Origin: Camelus dromedarius
Taxonomy: Eukaryota
Length of the DNA stretch: 64,000 nucleotides
Assembly (NCBI RefSeq): GCF_036321535.1
Contig: NC_087472.1
Coordinates: 98,396,001-98,460,000 of the forward strand
Reading direction: 5' to 3'
In this document: positions 12,602 through 25,736 of the stretch, piece after piece
Layout of the letters: each line of letters opens with the position of its first letter
Position numbering within the stretch: position 1 is the first letter of the stretch
Position numbers and translations under genes: made by a program
Notes under the pieces: generated by a model
Told to the model about the DNA's origin: nothing
Database searches by the model: none
Seen by the model: the letters and a program-made list of their open reading frames with translations, nothing else

Positions 12602-13419
12602 AGAATTTTTTATGTTGCTTTGAGCTTTCAGAATTAAGATGATTTATTTCTCATAGTTTTTGACTTATGATGATTTTCTAACATTTTCCCTCTCCCAGAA
12701 GCCAGAGGACTGATTTATTGTTTTACATAGAACTAAACTTTAAAAAACCCCACAAAACCCAACAACTTCTCCAAATGTCTTCTCTGTGGTTTGCTGGAAA
12801 TTTTTTGTCCTCAATTTTGAAATGTTCCCTGCTTTGACCCAATTAGAGAAGCTCTATCTACTTTCTTTGAAGGAAATGGTTTTATGCTGAGATTTTTCAC
12901 TCTCTAGTGAAGCCACATTTCTTTTGATTTGTGATGCTCTTTTTTTGGTCCCTGCTCCCCACTTGGTTAGGATAAAGATGAGTATTGCAGTCTTTCTGAA
13001 CTACATCAAGGTTTTATTCACTTGTTAACCTGCCCGGCAAAGCTATTGTTCTAGGCTCTGGTTACAGCCTGTGTGGGTGTAAAGTACTCCTCAGGGTGAA
13101 CATGAGGAACCTTTGAGCTGATTGTGGCAGTTGCTTTAAGAGCTTCTCTACAGCAAACACACAGAAGCTTCTTGGATAGTTTCTATTAAAACAGAGATCT
13201 GGAGGGCCTACTATGCGAATTCTCAGGAAGGATTCGGAATTGGTGAGAGTAGAAAAGAGCCTAGAGAAGCCTATTTACTCCGGCCAGCTTGCTCCAAGGT
13301 GACTCAAGACCAAATTTTGTAGAACCTTGTACGCTGGCATGTAGATTTCCATGGGCTAAAGGACAGTTACTACTGGCACTTGTCCTGCTCCCAATGCAAT
13401 GGAACTCAATACCCTATCT

Positions 13420-13616
13420 CAGTGGTTCTTGGGGCAGGGGGCAATGTTGAGAGACAGTCTGAGTTGTCACAACTTGAGGGAGGTATGTGCTGCTACTGTC
13501 ATCTAGTGGGGAGATGCCAGGGATGCTGGTAAATATCCCACAATACCCAGGGCAGCCCCCACAACAAAGAATTATCCAGTCCTCAATGGGAGTTGTGCTG
13601 AGAGTAAGTGACCCTG
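13420..13616 (+). mobile_element. MER20 (hAT-Charlie MITE)
   Basis: cagtggttct...gttgtcacaact...catctagtggggagatgccagggatgctggtaaatatcccacaat...cccccacaacaaagaattatccag...accctg. Confidence 0.82.
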
Positions 13617-14029
13617 ATTTACCTACTTGAAAGGCTGATGTCAGGACCAACTTGCAAATGTTCCTTTCCAAGCAATCAATGCATTGCATTTTACAGAAAT
13701 TAAAACATTAATCAAAAGAGAATAATAATTAATTGCCCAATATTTATCATCTCTTCACATTAATCAGAGACTTAGCAATAAAGCATTCAAATATGATTCT
13801 TTTGTCAACTGGTAAACTAAATATATTTATGGTATATGGTACATATGGAATATCCCTGAATTAGAGTATGAGGCCTTAAACACCACTATTTTTCACAGGT
13901 TATTTTTTCATCTCAAGTGTATCAGAAAGCAGTAGGTTATCTCAGCAGCTCAAGTCTTTTAAACTATGAAGGTTAAGCATTAAGCATTAGTAATCAACAC
14001 CAACATTAATGTCATCATTTCCACTGTCA

Positions 14030-14245
14030 TTGCTAGCTTTTATGACGTGCTCGTGATATACCTGACACTGGGCTTCGAGGTTCACATACATTATTTCATT
14101 TACTCCTTGTGCTGACTGTGATGCCCATTTCACTTACGGGGGAAAGAAGGCTGAAGAGAGTTCGTGTAACTTGACCCAAATCATCCAGATTATAAGTCAC
14201 AGAGGTGAGATGCCAACTGTCATCTGTCACACTCCTCAGCCAGTC
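14030..14245 (-). mobile_element. MIR fragment
   Basis: Antisense MIR motifs: cattatttcattta...cccattt...ggctgaagagag...taacttgacccaaatcat. Confidence 0.55.
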
Positions 14246-14429
14246 CTTTTAATCACTATCACCCACTGCATTCTTTAAAAATGTTCTTTTAATTGTAGTC
14301 TTACAGACTCTGCCAATATCTCCCTGTGGTAGGTCACAGTAAAGCAAGTAAAGGCTCAAGAGACTGCAGAAACTGTCACCTCGAGGGGACACCACAACTC
14401 TAACATGTTGGTTAAATTCTTCATCCAGT

Positions 14430-14520
14430 TGTTTGTTCATTCATTCATCCACTCATGCATTCATTCAGTCAATCATTCAACAAGCATTTATTAGGCGTAA
14501 AGCACACACCAGGTGCTGAG
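14430..14520 (-). mobile_element. L2 3' end
   Basis: ttcattcattcatcc...cattcaacaagcatttattaggc...ccaggtgctg. Confidence 0.7.
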
Positions 14521-15999
14521 GAGATCAGCTCTGGGGATTCAAATACGAATCAGAGAGTCCACCCGAGGTCAGTGGCATGGGCAGGATTGCCTGGGGGCAC
14601 AAACAATTTGCTCTCTTTAGGGTCTTGGAAAAAAAGGAAGGGTTCATTAATGTCCATAAATATCCGAGAAAGCATGGGAGACAGACAGAGAAAGGCAAAG
14701 GAAGCAAAGGAAAGGAGGAGAGGAGGAAGGAGGGAGACGGAACAGCAGCAATCCTGGCCGCGCCTGGGATGACACTGCCCTGGCCCGTGCTGCCGAAACT
14801 TCAGCCCGGGAAGGCCAGGCCTCTGCAGAGCCTGCCTTTGCTCCCGGGATGAGCAAGGGCTTGGCAGGTGTCTCTGTGTCATCGAGAGGCAGCCGTCTCC
14901 CACCCATGAAGCCTTTCCTCTCACTCCTTCTCCCACTGTGTGCAGCCCACGCAGAAAACTGGGGAAGTGAATTCCAGGCTGTCTAATCAGGCTCGGCTGC
15001 ATCGTGACAACCGCTGCTCGTTTTAACTCCCCCCACACATTGTGGCATTTGAGAAAGAGAAGGAATCACGAGGAGCAGATCAAGACTTGCACGTTTAACT
15101 CGTACTCCCTCGCCCCCGCTCTCTGCGCGGGAACTGATCATCCCACACCCTCTGGTTTAGGGCTTTACGCAGATGGCGAGGTGGTGGCTGCTTTAATCCC
15201 AGGTAGGGTCAGTCAACTGGCTTCTCACTGAGGGAAATTTCTATTAAGCAGAGAACAGACTGGAGTCACTTTCGTACAGGCAGGTGGCACCAAGGCTGCT
15301 CAGAACAATTCATCTGGACTGCTGAAAAAACAGCAGAAAGCAAGCATGCCCTACTGCCTGAGAGTCACTGGATGCCTTGGAGAAAGGACAGTGGCACTTC
15401 CTTCCACTGAGAAGACCGCCCTTACGTGTTGCAGGCACAGCCGAATCCTTAACACGTAATACACATTTTTTCTGCCTCGCTCTTGCCTCACCTCCAATTT
15501 TAGACACAAATGATAGGAATCGTGGCTGCCCTTTAGTTCCAGAGGCATCGATTAATTCCCCAAAACTTACCAAACGGGGTTATTAAGTTCTAAATGTTCA
15601 AACATCCATTTATTCAGACTCAATTAATTTTCATTTCCTAACTATTTTGTACATGGCTACCTGGAATTTACTTTGGCTGAATTCACTTTTATCTTTATAA
15701 AGTAAGTGAACAGCATGAACTAGATTTGAACGGGAGGATTCAAGTACTAGAATGAACTCTCTCATTTAATAAGTGAACATCTGTGCACCTACTGCACGCC
15801 AGGCTTTACCACAGTAGAGACAGGTGATACAAGACAACATCCCTCGACGGACTGACAGCCTAGCTGGGTGTGAATGTGACAAGGGACATTAGCACATAAG
15901 AGCTGCAGCAGGAATGAGGAAACAAGACATAACCTTTGAATACAGGTGACAAAAGTTTCTAGATAGGATATTGGAAAAGGATTCTACCGGAAGGCAGTT

Positions 16000-16370
16000 G
16001 AAGAGCGTAAACTTTAGAGGTGGTTCAGGCACTGGTTCATGTCCTGGCTTTGCTATTCTCTTGGTCTGTGATTTGGCTAATCGCTGTTTCTTTTTCTGAA
16101 AAATGAGAAAAGTACCTACCGCACAGGGGTGATTTTGCTCCCCACCCTAAGGGACATTTAGCAATGTTTGGAGACATTTTTGCTTGTCACAAATGGTGAC
16201 AGGGTGGGTACTCTTGGCAGCTAGGGGTAGGGGCCAGGGACGCTGCCAAACATCCCACAACGTGCAGGACAGCCCCCCACCAAGAAACTTCAATAGCGCT
16301 GAGGTTGTGAAATGCTGAATTAAATACATAGTGTGTGCAAAGTCCTCAGCGCAGCGGTAGCTATTATTAT
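16000..16370 (+). mobile_element. MIR interrupted by a MER20 (MER20 at ~16125-16317)
   Basis: The MIR runs to ...aaaatgag...gtacctaccgcacaggg. MER20 follows (ggtgattttgctccc...gggacatttagcaatgtttggagacattttt...gaggttgtgaaatgctg), then the MIR resumes (attaaat...gtgcaaagt...gctattattat). Confidence 0.72.
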
Positions 16371-16419
16371 CGCTAATGACAGCATGTCACCATCGGAAGG
16401 AACTTAATTTAAGGCACTG

Positions 16420-16630
16420 AGCACTGGACGTGCTGGATAGAGTAGGACACACTTGCGCTCCACTCCCAGCCATGTCACGTAAGAAGTCCGTGACCTTGAG
16501 CAAGTTCCTGATCATTCTGAGCCACGTCTATAAATAGGAATAATAATCCCGATCTTGAGAGGCGACCATAAAGAGAGTGAGTTGACTCGGATGTGGCATC
16601 TGGCACAAACCGGCATCCAGAAAGTTATCA
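16420..16630 (+). mobile_element. MIR fragment
   Basis: gtgaccttgagcaagtt...ctgagcc...ctataaataggaataataat. Confidence 0.6.
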
Positions 16631-19109
16631 TTCCCTCTGCTGTCCCCACAACTTTCCCCTGCCCTCTGCTCTCTGCTCCTTCCAAGAGCAAGGGTTGGTT
16701 TGTTGGTTGTTAAATGAAATACTCTCTCAAGAGTAGCTCTGCATATTTCCTGAGGAAATGTGAAAAAGCTCACTGAAAATGAAAACTCACTAATTGTCTG
16801 TGACTAATTGAGCTCCCTGAGGCGCTGGTAAGCTCCTGGGAGGTCCTCTGTCTCAGTCACCACCTACCTTGAAGCTTTGGAGCTGGAGTCAGTTCCCGAG
16901 ATGATTTCTAACCTGCAAGGATCCCCTTTCGCCTGGAGGAGGCACTGCAGCCCCATTTTTCAAAACCTGCAGCAGCTCCTGTTTCCAAAGCCCTTGTCTC
17001 TTGACAGCAAAATGACAAACATTTCACTTGAGCACTTTCATTTGGTTTTGGAGACTTCAAGGGATTGCCATCTTCTCCCCAGCCACTTTTAACTACCAAA
17101 TATGTCTGGTTTGTAATTTCGGATCTTTCTCTGAAGAAAATCAGCTTAAGAAATATTTAGAGAGTCAAGCTGCCATTCTCTTACTTCCAAGGAAAAATGA
17201 AACAATGCGTTTCAGACACCATATTACTAAGCATTTTGAATGGGCTTGATGTCCAAAAAGAAGCATCTCATCTTTTTAGTAATCTTTTGCACACAACTAT
17301 GGACTACTGAAATCTGGTCCAGAAACTCAAACAAGATCCATGTCGATCTAAACATCCAGAAGCGTCCTGTGTGCCTTCTCTCTGAATTTAATAATTGAGT
17401 CTTGTCTGCTTTGCAATAAGAGTAAAACAGGTAGTCAGTAATAAATACAGATGCCACATAACATGGCAACTTGGAGAAGTTGTGCAACAGCCACTTCAGG
17501 GGGCACCGCGGACCAGGCAATGAGGAAAGAGAGGCTTATTCGGAGTTTGATGGCAAAAACCACATCACATATTTTAACTAGAGGCTACTAGTAAGCAATA
17601 ATATTAACAAGCCCTTGCACTTCATTTTAAGGATTCCAAAGTATTTCTGGGTTCATTCTCTTTCAAGGCTCACAACAGCTCCATGAGACAGGTGGGACAG
17701 GAATCGAATTTGCAGTTCATTCTTATGTGACTTCCAACTGCACCCAGGGTGAGAGATTGTGGAATGTATTGTCATGTTCCTCAAGAGAAAGTTTAAGGCT
17801 AACTATTAATTCAAGTCCATCTGTAGGAAATGGGATCACTATGAAGTATGCAGCAGGTGCCAAGGAGGGGTTAGTTACAACCTGTGCTATGGGCTAGAAC
17901 AGGACAGATAATGGCTCTGCTAATACCCAGAGGGACTTTTCTTACTGATATAGAAAGAGCTAGGATAAATCTATCCACTTGTACCTATAGATATATTTCA
18001 AAGGAAAGGTATTATCTCAATTTCCATTTCTATTTACTGTTTTCTTGCTGCCTAATTAAAGAAAATCATATTGTATCCTTTATATGTATATAAACGTGCA
18101 ATGTACATGCACACACATTTTTGATGCTGGCATGTGAAAATAAGGTTGAAATATCTTACTTTCATAAAGACCAGGTGTCAAAAAAATGGACCTAGGGAAA
18201 ACTTTAAGATACCCCCAAATCATCAACCTAAAGGTCAACTCTTCTGGAAAACTCTCCACTGTCACCAACAGCCATGAAATGGTGCCCTGGATTCCCTGCA
18301 AAATTATATTTGAAGGTTATCTGTCAGGGGAGAGAGCCTGAGAGTCGTTCTGAGCCAAATCCAACCCAATTATGGGCCAATTACAGACCTGCTTCCACTG
18401 CCAGGAGCAGGTTACACCACCAACTGAGCTGGTCTCAGGGCCCCTGGCTGGCAGGGAATCCCAGTGCATGGGAAGAGCTCGTGGCCTAGATAAGACAAAA
18501 CAGCTGATAATGCTCAGAGAGCAGAAGAGATGGCAAATGCAACTGCGTTATAATGAGCCCTGAACCTCCTCACCATTTTGCTGCCATCCCTTCATAATCA
18601 ATTCCAGACTCAGTTTTCTCCTGGGTGGCACCCTTTCTCCCTTGGTGATCAAATTATGAAATTCCAAGAGGTAGTAGGCAGGCTTTGCTCCCGCACTTGG
18701 AGACAACCTGCTGCAATCCTGCAGTCTTGGCTACAGTGCTAACTAGGAACACAGTGCCTGAATACCCACATCACCAATGACAACCTTACTGAACATGTAA
18801 GAGTTAAAATAACAAGAAAGTTGAGTTAGAAATTTGTGTTAGGTAAAAACAAAGCTCTATTAAAAATCAAAACAAATTTGTGAATTTTGGCTGGCACTTC
18901 CAACCGACTGAGATCATTTCAGGCCCACACTCTAGCACCCGACAATGTAGTTATTCCTCCAGGCTGGCTTTGCATGTCTGATCTGTCAACTTGAGACACA
19001 AGCTCGTCCTTATATTTAACTGAGATCTTGAGGAGAGTGGAGACAAGGCAGCACCACGGACAGCATCCTGTGGGCTGTGGCCGTGGAAACTCTTCAGATT
19101 GGCTTAGAG

Positions 19110-19294
19110 TAGTGGTTCTCAAACTTTCTCGTGCATCAGCATCATCTGGAACGCTTCCGGAAACTTAGACTGCTGGGCCCCACCCCGAGAGCTTCTGATT
19201 CAGTAGGTCTGGGATACGCCTGAGGATCTGCTTTCCTGACAAGTTCCCACGGGCTGCAGCTGCTGGTTTGGGGACCTTACTTTGAGAACTACTG
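19110..19294 (-). mobile_element. MER5A (hAT-Charlie MITE), full length
   Basis: Termini agtggttctcaaa...tttgagaactactg; body ggccccaccccgagagcttctgattcagtaggtctggg. The flanks GCTTAGAG / AACTAGAG resemble the 8-bp hAT TSD. Confidence 0.88.
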
Positions 19295-19469
19295 AACTAG
19301 AGCCATCAATCTGGACGGTTTAGATTTGGACATTCCAAATCCCCTAACTACCTCATCATGTGGTCCACAGTTTTATAGCTGATATCCAAATGTATAGTGA
19401 GCAACTTGGCCATATTTCCTTGCTGAAATTCAGATACATGATGCATCAATGAAACAACAATTGTTAGTG

Positions 19470-19670
19470 CTTATAATAGTGCTTCCAAGGGTCAAGTTCT
19501 GTCCCAAGCACTTTACCTTGGAATTCTTAAATAAGTTAGTATTAGAGCTCCATTTTACAGGAGAGAAAACTGAGGCACAGAGAAGTTATATGACATCCCC
19601 AAAGTGGCACAACTAGACAGTAGGGTGGCCAAAATTCAAATCCAAGCTGTCTGATGTTTAACCACTGCCC
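19470..19670 (-). mobile_element. MIR fragment
   Basis: ccattttacaggagagaaaactgaggcacagagaagtta...ttcaaatccaagctgtctga. Confidence 0.8.
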
Positions 19671-19867
19671 CAGGCTGATTCTCCATGTGGCAGATAGAGT
19701 AAATTCCACGGGAGTGAAATGTACCGTGTAAATTAAGAGGGAGAAAGAATCCTAATATAATGCATGAGGAATTCTGCCAGTGACATCAACTTACCTACCA
19801 GTCACTTAACCTCACTGATACATTATTTTCTGTAACTATTTGTTAAGTTCTAACACTGCTACAGTCC

Positions 19868-19992
19868 AAGGGTTGGCAAACCAGGGCCCAGGAGCCAAAT
19901 GCAGCCCACCATCTAGTTTTCTTTTCAAAACCTTTTTATCCTGAGATAATCTTAGATTCACATGCAGTTGCATGAAATAATATAGAGCTCTC
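19868..19992. mobile_element. MER58-like terminus fused to an antisense L1M 3' end fragment
   Basis: caagggttggcaaacc...gccaaatgcagccc, then gagataatcttagattcacatgcagttg...aaataatatagag. Confidence 0.55.
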
Positions 19993-21527
19993 TGGATGCA
20001 ATGATTGGGAAGAAAGAAGAATCATTTTTGCAATCTCTGTAGAAATCTTTCTAAGGAAAGCCTTGCCAAGTTTCAAATATATGCAGAGACCAAAAAGCTA
20101 GATTTGATAATCTTCATTCAAGTATACTGTTACAAGTATCTAGGTAGTGAACGAAAAATACAAAAGAGATTCTAAATTTGAACATCTTTCAAGTCCAGTG
20201 CAAGACAGGACCAGGATCTCAGCTACTTGGATGACCAACAGGCAAATGTATAGCTTTTCTCAAATATTATGACACAAGAACTGAAGGCAGTTTCTGAACA
20301 ACTGAGTTGTCCAGACTTGGGCCTTGGGTGAGAATCATTTATTTTTACTCTAGTTATCTTAGTCCTGGAGTCAGGCAGCAACAAATTGCTGGATAGAGTT
20401 AGACCCATTTTCAGTGCTGACTACACACTAGGATCACCTGGACCTGTCTGAGCCCCACCTGTGACCAATAATTCTTTGGGAGGATTTGTTTCAAAAGACC
20501 CCCAGGTGAGTCTAATGTGTAACTCGGGTCAGAAGGACTGAGTTAGAGGATGTTTCGCAGATCCTTCATGGACAAACCAAACTGAAATACGTCTTGCTTG
20601 GGAAAGTATTTTTTTGGTGGAATGTCAAGGTTGCTGGTATGAAAGTCTCGAAATGTGGAAAACAGCTTTGTATTCTTGGAAGGCCATGCAGCGTGTATGT
20701 GGAACTTATTCATAGGGTGATCCAGGGGTGAGCCACAGCCTCTATGTGGGGTGGAGATAATAAACTATCCAGACTGGCACATGAGTCCAGAACAACAGCC
20801 ATATTGGGCTTAGAAGGGACTGAAGGTACACTTGTCCCCACTAGTGAGTGTGCTGAGCCTTGTTAGTGCTGTAATGTGTGTCTACCCCAAGATATGTAGA
20901 GTCATATTCTCACAGGTCAGGGCACCATCAATGTCATTTAGTCTAACCAAGACTCAGCCCAGTCCTCTTCATACCTGATGCTTTCCAGATATGTCCCCCG
21001 CCCTGGAGAGTCACTTGGGTTTAACCATTGACTCAGTAACTTTTGACCTCTATCCCAATTCATCTCACACTAAACACTGCTAGGGGTGCTCTTCCTTCCA
21101 AATAATCCCAGTTACACCCTTTGGAGTGACTTATTAAGAGCAGAGCCCAAGTAAGTCCCACTCCATTGGAATTTCTTTAGACTGTTCAGTCTCTGGGTGT
21201 AAACATAATGTAAGTGGGTTATGTTTTTGGTATGATGTGCTAAGGACTAATTGCCGGGTGTTGAACTGTTGCACTGTAAGCTTTGGTTCAAGGCCAGATA
21301 GCTATGTTGACCTGCTCCCACAAAGTTGAATCCATGAATTCTCAGGATGCCAGGTCTCTAGACACTGGCTATTCACCTTTTTAGAAATGCTCAAAGCAAT
21401 ATGGTCCTACCCTGCAGCTAGGATCTGATTTTGGACATAAATTAAATGCCAGCTTTTCATGAGTTCTATCAATAACACCTATTCATTGACATATAAAATA
21501 TAAGAGCTGGATTTGACCTAAGGCAAC

Positions 21528-22044
21528 TGTATCAGTTATATATTGCTGTATAACAAATTACCCCCAGTCTGGCAGCCTAAAACAAAAATATTATTTCAGA
21601 GATTCTCTGGGCCAGGAATTCAGAAGTGGTTGAGCTGGGTGGTTCTGGCTGGCATCCCCCCTGAGGTTGCAGTCCAGATGTTGGCTGGAAATGCAGTCAT
21701 CTAAATACTTGACTAAGACTAGAAGATCCACTTCCAAGATGGCACACTCATGCCACTGGCTGATTGGTGATGACTGTTATCAGGAGGCCTTGGTGACACT
21801 GGGCTGCTTGAGTGCCCTCACAACATGTCAGCTGGCTTCCCCCAGAACCACTGATCCCAGAGAGAGTAAGGCACAAGCTGTGATGGCATTTATGACTTAG
21901 TCTTTGAGGTCACACTCAGTCATTTCTGTAATATGTTGTTGATTATACAAGTCAGCCCTACTTGGTGTTGGAGAGGTCTATACGAGGGTAAGAATACCAG
22001 GAGGCAAGACTGGCTGGGGGCCATCTGGGAGGATGCCTACCACA
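21528..22044 (-). mobile_element. MaLR solo LTR (MLT1F/G-like), complete
   Basis: TG...CA termini (tgtatcagtt...tgcctaccaca) and a perfect 5-bp TSD GCAAC at 21523-21527 and 22045-22049. Confidence 0.88.
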
Positions 22045-23549
22045 GCAACCTAGCCCTCTATTATTTTTTTACCAGATGAGAAAACAGGTCTGGAGAAGTG
22101 AGGTTTTGTCTAAAGTCACATAGGCTTAACATTTCAGTATTTGCTTTTCTTTCAACCCTACTGATCCTCACCACCCACAATTTCTTGTATTTATTTAAAA
22201 CACCAAATGTTGTTTATCTTTGGGAAGATTAGAAAGATTATTTCCAAATGTGAAGCCAGTTTCCCTGATGTTTTTAACAGCAGAAGCTTTTGTAAACCAG
22301 ACAACATATAAGCAAAGTGCAGGCTCTGAGCACTTTGGGGAAGGTTTTTCTTCACTTTCTTGAGTCATTAGGCAGGAGGTTCTCCAAAAGGAGGGAGAAT
22401 AAAGCAGATGCTCTTAGGGCAAGTCCAGAAGCAAACCAGAAGTTCAGGGTAGGAGGGATAAGTCTTAGCTTTATCACACCACCCCCGTGCAGATTTGTTC
22501 TTATATTGTGATAGTTTTCCTATTCTCTTTTGATCTCTGAAGGTGAAAACGAAAACAGCAGATAGTAACACCAAAAATCAAACCATCCTCCTTGGGCAAT
22601 GCCGCTGTGTTAATCCCAGATGAAAACCAGTGAGCAGACACAGGGGCTTCCTAGGAGAAGAACAGAATTTTTTTTTCCCGAGAACACACACACAGATTGT
22701 TAAGCACAAAACTCTTAACTGTGATAAATACTATCATTCTTTTCTTTTCAGGATCCTCTTTCAAACAGCCCTCTTCTAAGAAGGACAACAACAGGAAAGA
22801 AACCCTTTATATAGTCTCTATCCCTTTTTGATCAGTTAAAAAATGGCAAGGCCTGTCATCTCTGATCAACCTAACTAGCCAGGACACAGGACAACTTTCT
22901 CTCTGTGTGACCTATTTTGTCTAATGGGCCCACTCCTTTGCCCTCTGACAAGCTACCTTCTCTCCTGAGTTCCATTTATAGCAGGCCTTTATTAATGGTT
23001 AAATTGTTAGGAACGGGTCTGTCTCCCTCCCAAGGCTTATTTCCCCCGTTCAATAAACTAAGCCATGGGAACGGAGAGACTGTCCATTTCTGCTTTATTT
23101 AAGCTCAGATTCTTCCTAGCCCACAAAATACTGCACACTGACAGGTGAGAGCCCGCCCAGCAGTTTGTGGTCACTAGTGATTTGTCTCGTATTTAGTAAT
23201 GCTTGGGAGGTCCCTGGGAATTTGTCTAAGCCCCTGATGGAAGTCTTGAGGTCTGGAACAGTGATGCTTCAGTGAGGAGCCCCCGGGCCTTTGCTGATGG
23301 TGAAGGGCGGCCCTTCTCAATCCTCAGGCAAGAGCCTGTGGACAAGGGCTCCTGAAAGGGTTGATCCCTCTCTGCAACTTGAAAGGTCTGCATATGCCAT
23401 TCATCCATCATGCTTGTCATTGAGCAACTGGTGCAGTAATGGCCCATGGCTGGCAAAGTGACCGGTGCACTTGACTCCTTAAAGCCTTTTCTCCTTGTTT
23501 TTCATCACCAGAGCCCTGCAACTAACAGATTTTTTTTTTAAAGCTAAAA

Positions 23550-24060
23550 ACACAAAAGTGATCATGTCACTGCCTCACTAAACAGCCTTCAGGTACTCCC
23601 CATTACCCCCAGCGCCTGCACTGAAGGACTCAGACTCACCAGGTTTTCCCCACTTGTATTTCTGCTCACCCAGAGCATTCCTCGCTCCAACCACAGTGAA
23701 CTACTTCCGGTTCATGGAGGTGCCATGCTGACTCTAGGCCTTTCCACATGCTCAGAATATGAGTTTCCAGTCTTCCTCTCCTCCCCTACCCAGGAGCGGG
23801 GTAACTCCTCCCCATCATTCAGGTCTCAGTTTACATACTATTTTGGAAAAGCCTTTCCAGAGCCCCTTAAGCTGGATAAAGCATCCACGGCTTCCTGAGT
23901 TTGTCCCATCACAGCTGCATCCATCACCATGGAAGAGTCGACTGCCATCACTTATTTTACTGTCTGACTTTCCTTCTAGATGTTCAGTTCCATGAAGGGG
24001 GATAACTTGTCCATTAATGTGTCCACAGTGCCTACCGAATAAATTTTCTAGCATATATTG
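23550..24060 (+). mobile_element. L2 LINE 3' region
   Basis: gatcatgtcactgcctcactaaacagccttc...ctagatgttcagttccatgaagg...ccacagtgccta. Confidence 0.65.
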
Positions 24061-24514
24061 TAACCAAATATAACCAGGCATCTGGTTTCCATCTTTAAGC
24101 CCATTTAAGCACAGAGCCTCCTCCAAAAGGAACACTGCTCACTGAAAATGGCCTCAAAAAGGAAGGCAAATCTTCACTGAAGAGTTACATTGTAAAACAA
24201 CCTAAACATTCTCTTGATTCATTATCAGCCCAATAGTCCTTCATCCTAGAGACTTCTAACCCCAAATCTCTCTTCATTCTTCCCCCAATCCAGTTATTCA
24301 CTGACTGCCCCAGCCTTTCTTCTTTCCTGTTGTTTCAACTCAATTCACTGCTTTCAATTCTCCTCTTTACCTATTTAGACCTCCAACAACCATCAACCTT
24401 TAAGAACCACAAAGAGTTTGAAGCCAAGATGACAAAGACTCAATCTTGTTTGGAAAGCAGAGGCAGCGGCAGGGATGTCTTGATTTATCAGCTTTTTGGG
24501 GTCTTCAGCTCAGA

Positions 24515-24710
24515 TTAATAGTAAGAGTACACACATGTCAAGTGTTCACCATGTGGGAGGTACTCCGCTAAACGCTTGAATATGTTATCCTCACAACACC
24601 CCTATGAGTTTGATACTATTATCTTCCTGTGCTTCAGAAGAATATTTGCCCAAGGTGACACAGCGAGAAAGTAAGATGGCTGGGATTTGAAGGCAGAGTC
24701 TGTGCTGAAG
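24515..24710 (-). mobile_element. MIR fragment
   Basis: atcctcacaacacccctatgag...tactattatc...ttgcccaaggtgacacagc...gctgggatttgaa. Confidence 0.75.
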
Positions 24711-25166
24711 TGTCTCCACAGTAGGCATTCAGTAACCAGTTGAATTTATAGACAGGGTCCACTGGGGAAGCAGCTTGGAGGCTGGCAAGGCAAAGGGTGT
24801 TAAAGCAATGTCTTTGATAAATTGATTGCAAGCACATGTCAAAGCTTTAGTTCAAAGTTGCTTAAAGAAGCTTCAAAGAGTCAGTTCCAAAACTTTGAAT
24901 AGGAAAAAGTGTGGTTGGATAACACTGTTAGACCGGCTACAAGTGGTCTTTAAACTCTGTCACAAGGCTAATTTAGCAAGGCAGGTAAATCTAATTTCCC
25001 AGAAGGGGCTTTTCATCTCATTAAAGCTGATCAGAAAACCACCCATATGTTTTATCAGAAATGCTTCCCAGAAGGGACCATTTATCATACCAGAGCATAC
25101 AGCCTTCCAGCTCAGGTTTGGGATCATTTTCTTTTCACAGAAACAGCTCTGTCTAGAGTGCTGGGG

Positions 25167-25387
25167 TGGGGTTTCTCACCCTCGGCACTACTGGCATTAG
25201 GGCCAGGGAACTCTTAGGAGTGGGGCTGTCCTGGGCACTATAGGCTGTTTAGTGCATCCCTGGCCTCTGCTGACCTGATGCCAGTGGCACTCCCTCCTCC
25301 TGGTTGTAATAAGCAAAAAAGGCCTCCACATATTGCCAAATGTCCCCTGGGGGTGCAAAATACCACCCCTTTCCTTAAGAACCACTG
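25167..25387 (-). mobile_element. MER20
   Basis: gggtttctcaccctcggcacta...attgccaaatgtcccctggggg...ttaagaaccactg. Confidence 0.85.
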
Positions 25388-25395
25388 CTCTAGAC

Positions 25396-25565
25396 CCTTG
25401 ATTCTCAAAGTGTGGTCTGCAGACCAACCATAACCGCATCCCCTGGGGGAGTTACTAAAAAGACACAAACAACCTCAGGCCTCACCCCAGGCCTCCTGAG
25501 TCAGAATCTGCAGTTTAACAAGATCCCCAGGTGCTTCCTCTGGACATGAAAGTCAGAGAAATGCT
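25396..25565 (+). mobile_element. MER5B-like hAT MITE
   Basis: attctcaaagtgtggtctgcagacc...gagtcagaatctgcagtttaacaagatccccaggtg...aaagtcagagaa. Confidence 0.75.
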
Positions 25566-25572
25566 TCTAGGC

Positions 25573-25736
25573 CTGTGGCTCTCAACCTTGTCTGCACATC
25601 AGAGGCCTTGGAGCTTTAAAAAAAATACTGATTCCACCCCAGAGACTTCTGATGTCATTGGTCTGGGGCAACCTGGGCCTTCTGATTTTTAAAACTCCCC
25701 AGGTGATTCTAATGTGCAGCCAAGTTTGTGCTCCTG
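25573..25736 (+). mobile_element. MER5A1-like hAT MITE
   Basis: gtggctctcaaccttgtctgcacatcaga...gagctttaaaaaaaatactgat...aaaactccccaggtgattctaatgtgcagccaag. Confidence 0.75.

Noticed and set aside
14455..15231. Cluster of 86-162 aa overlapping ORFs
   Set aside because: GC-rich sequence has fewer stop codons, and there is no recognisable domain or exon structure.
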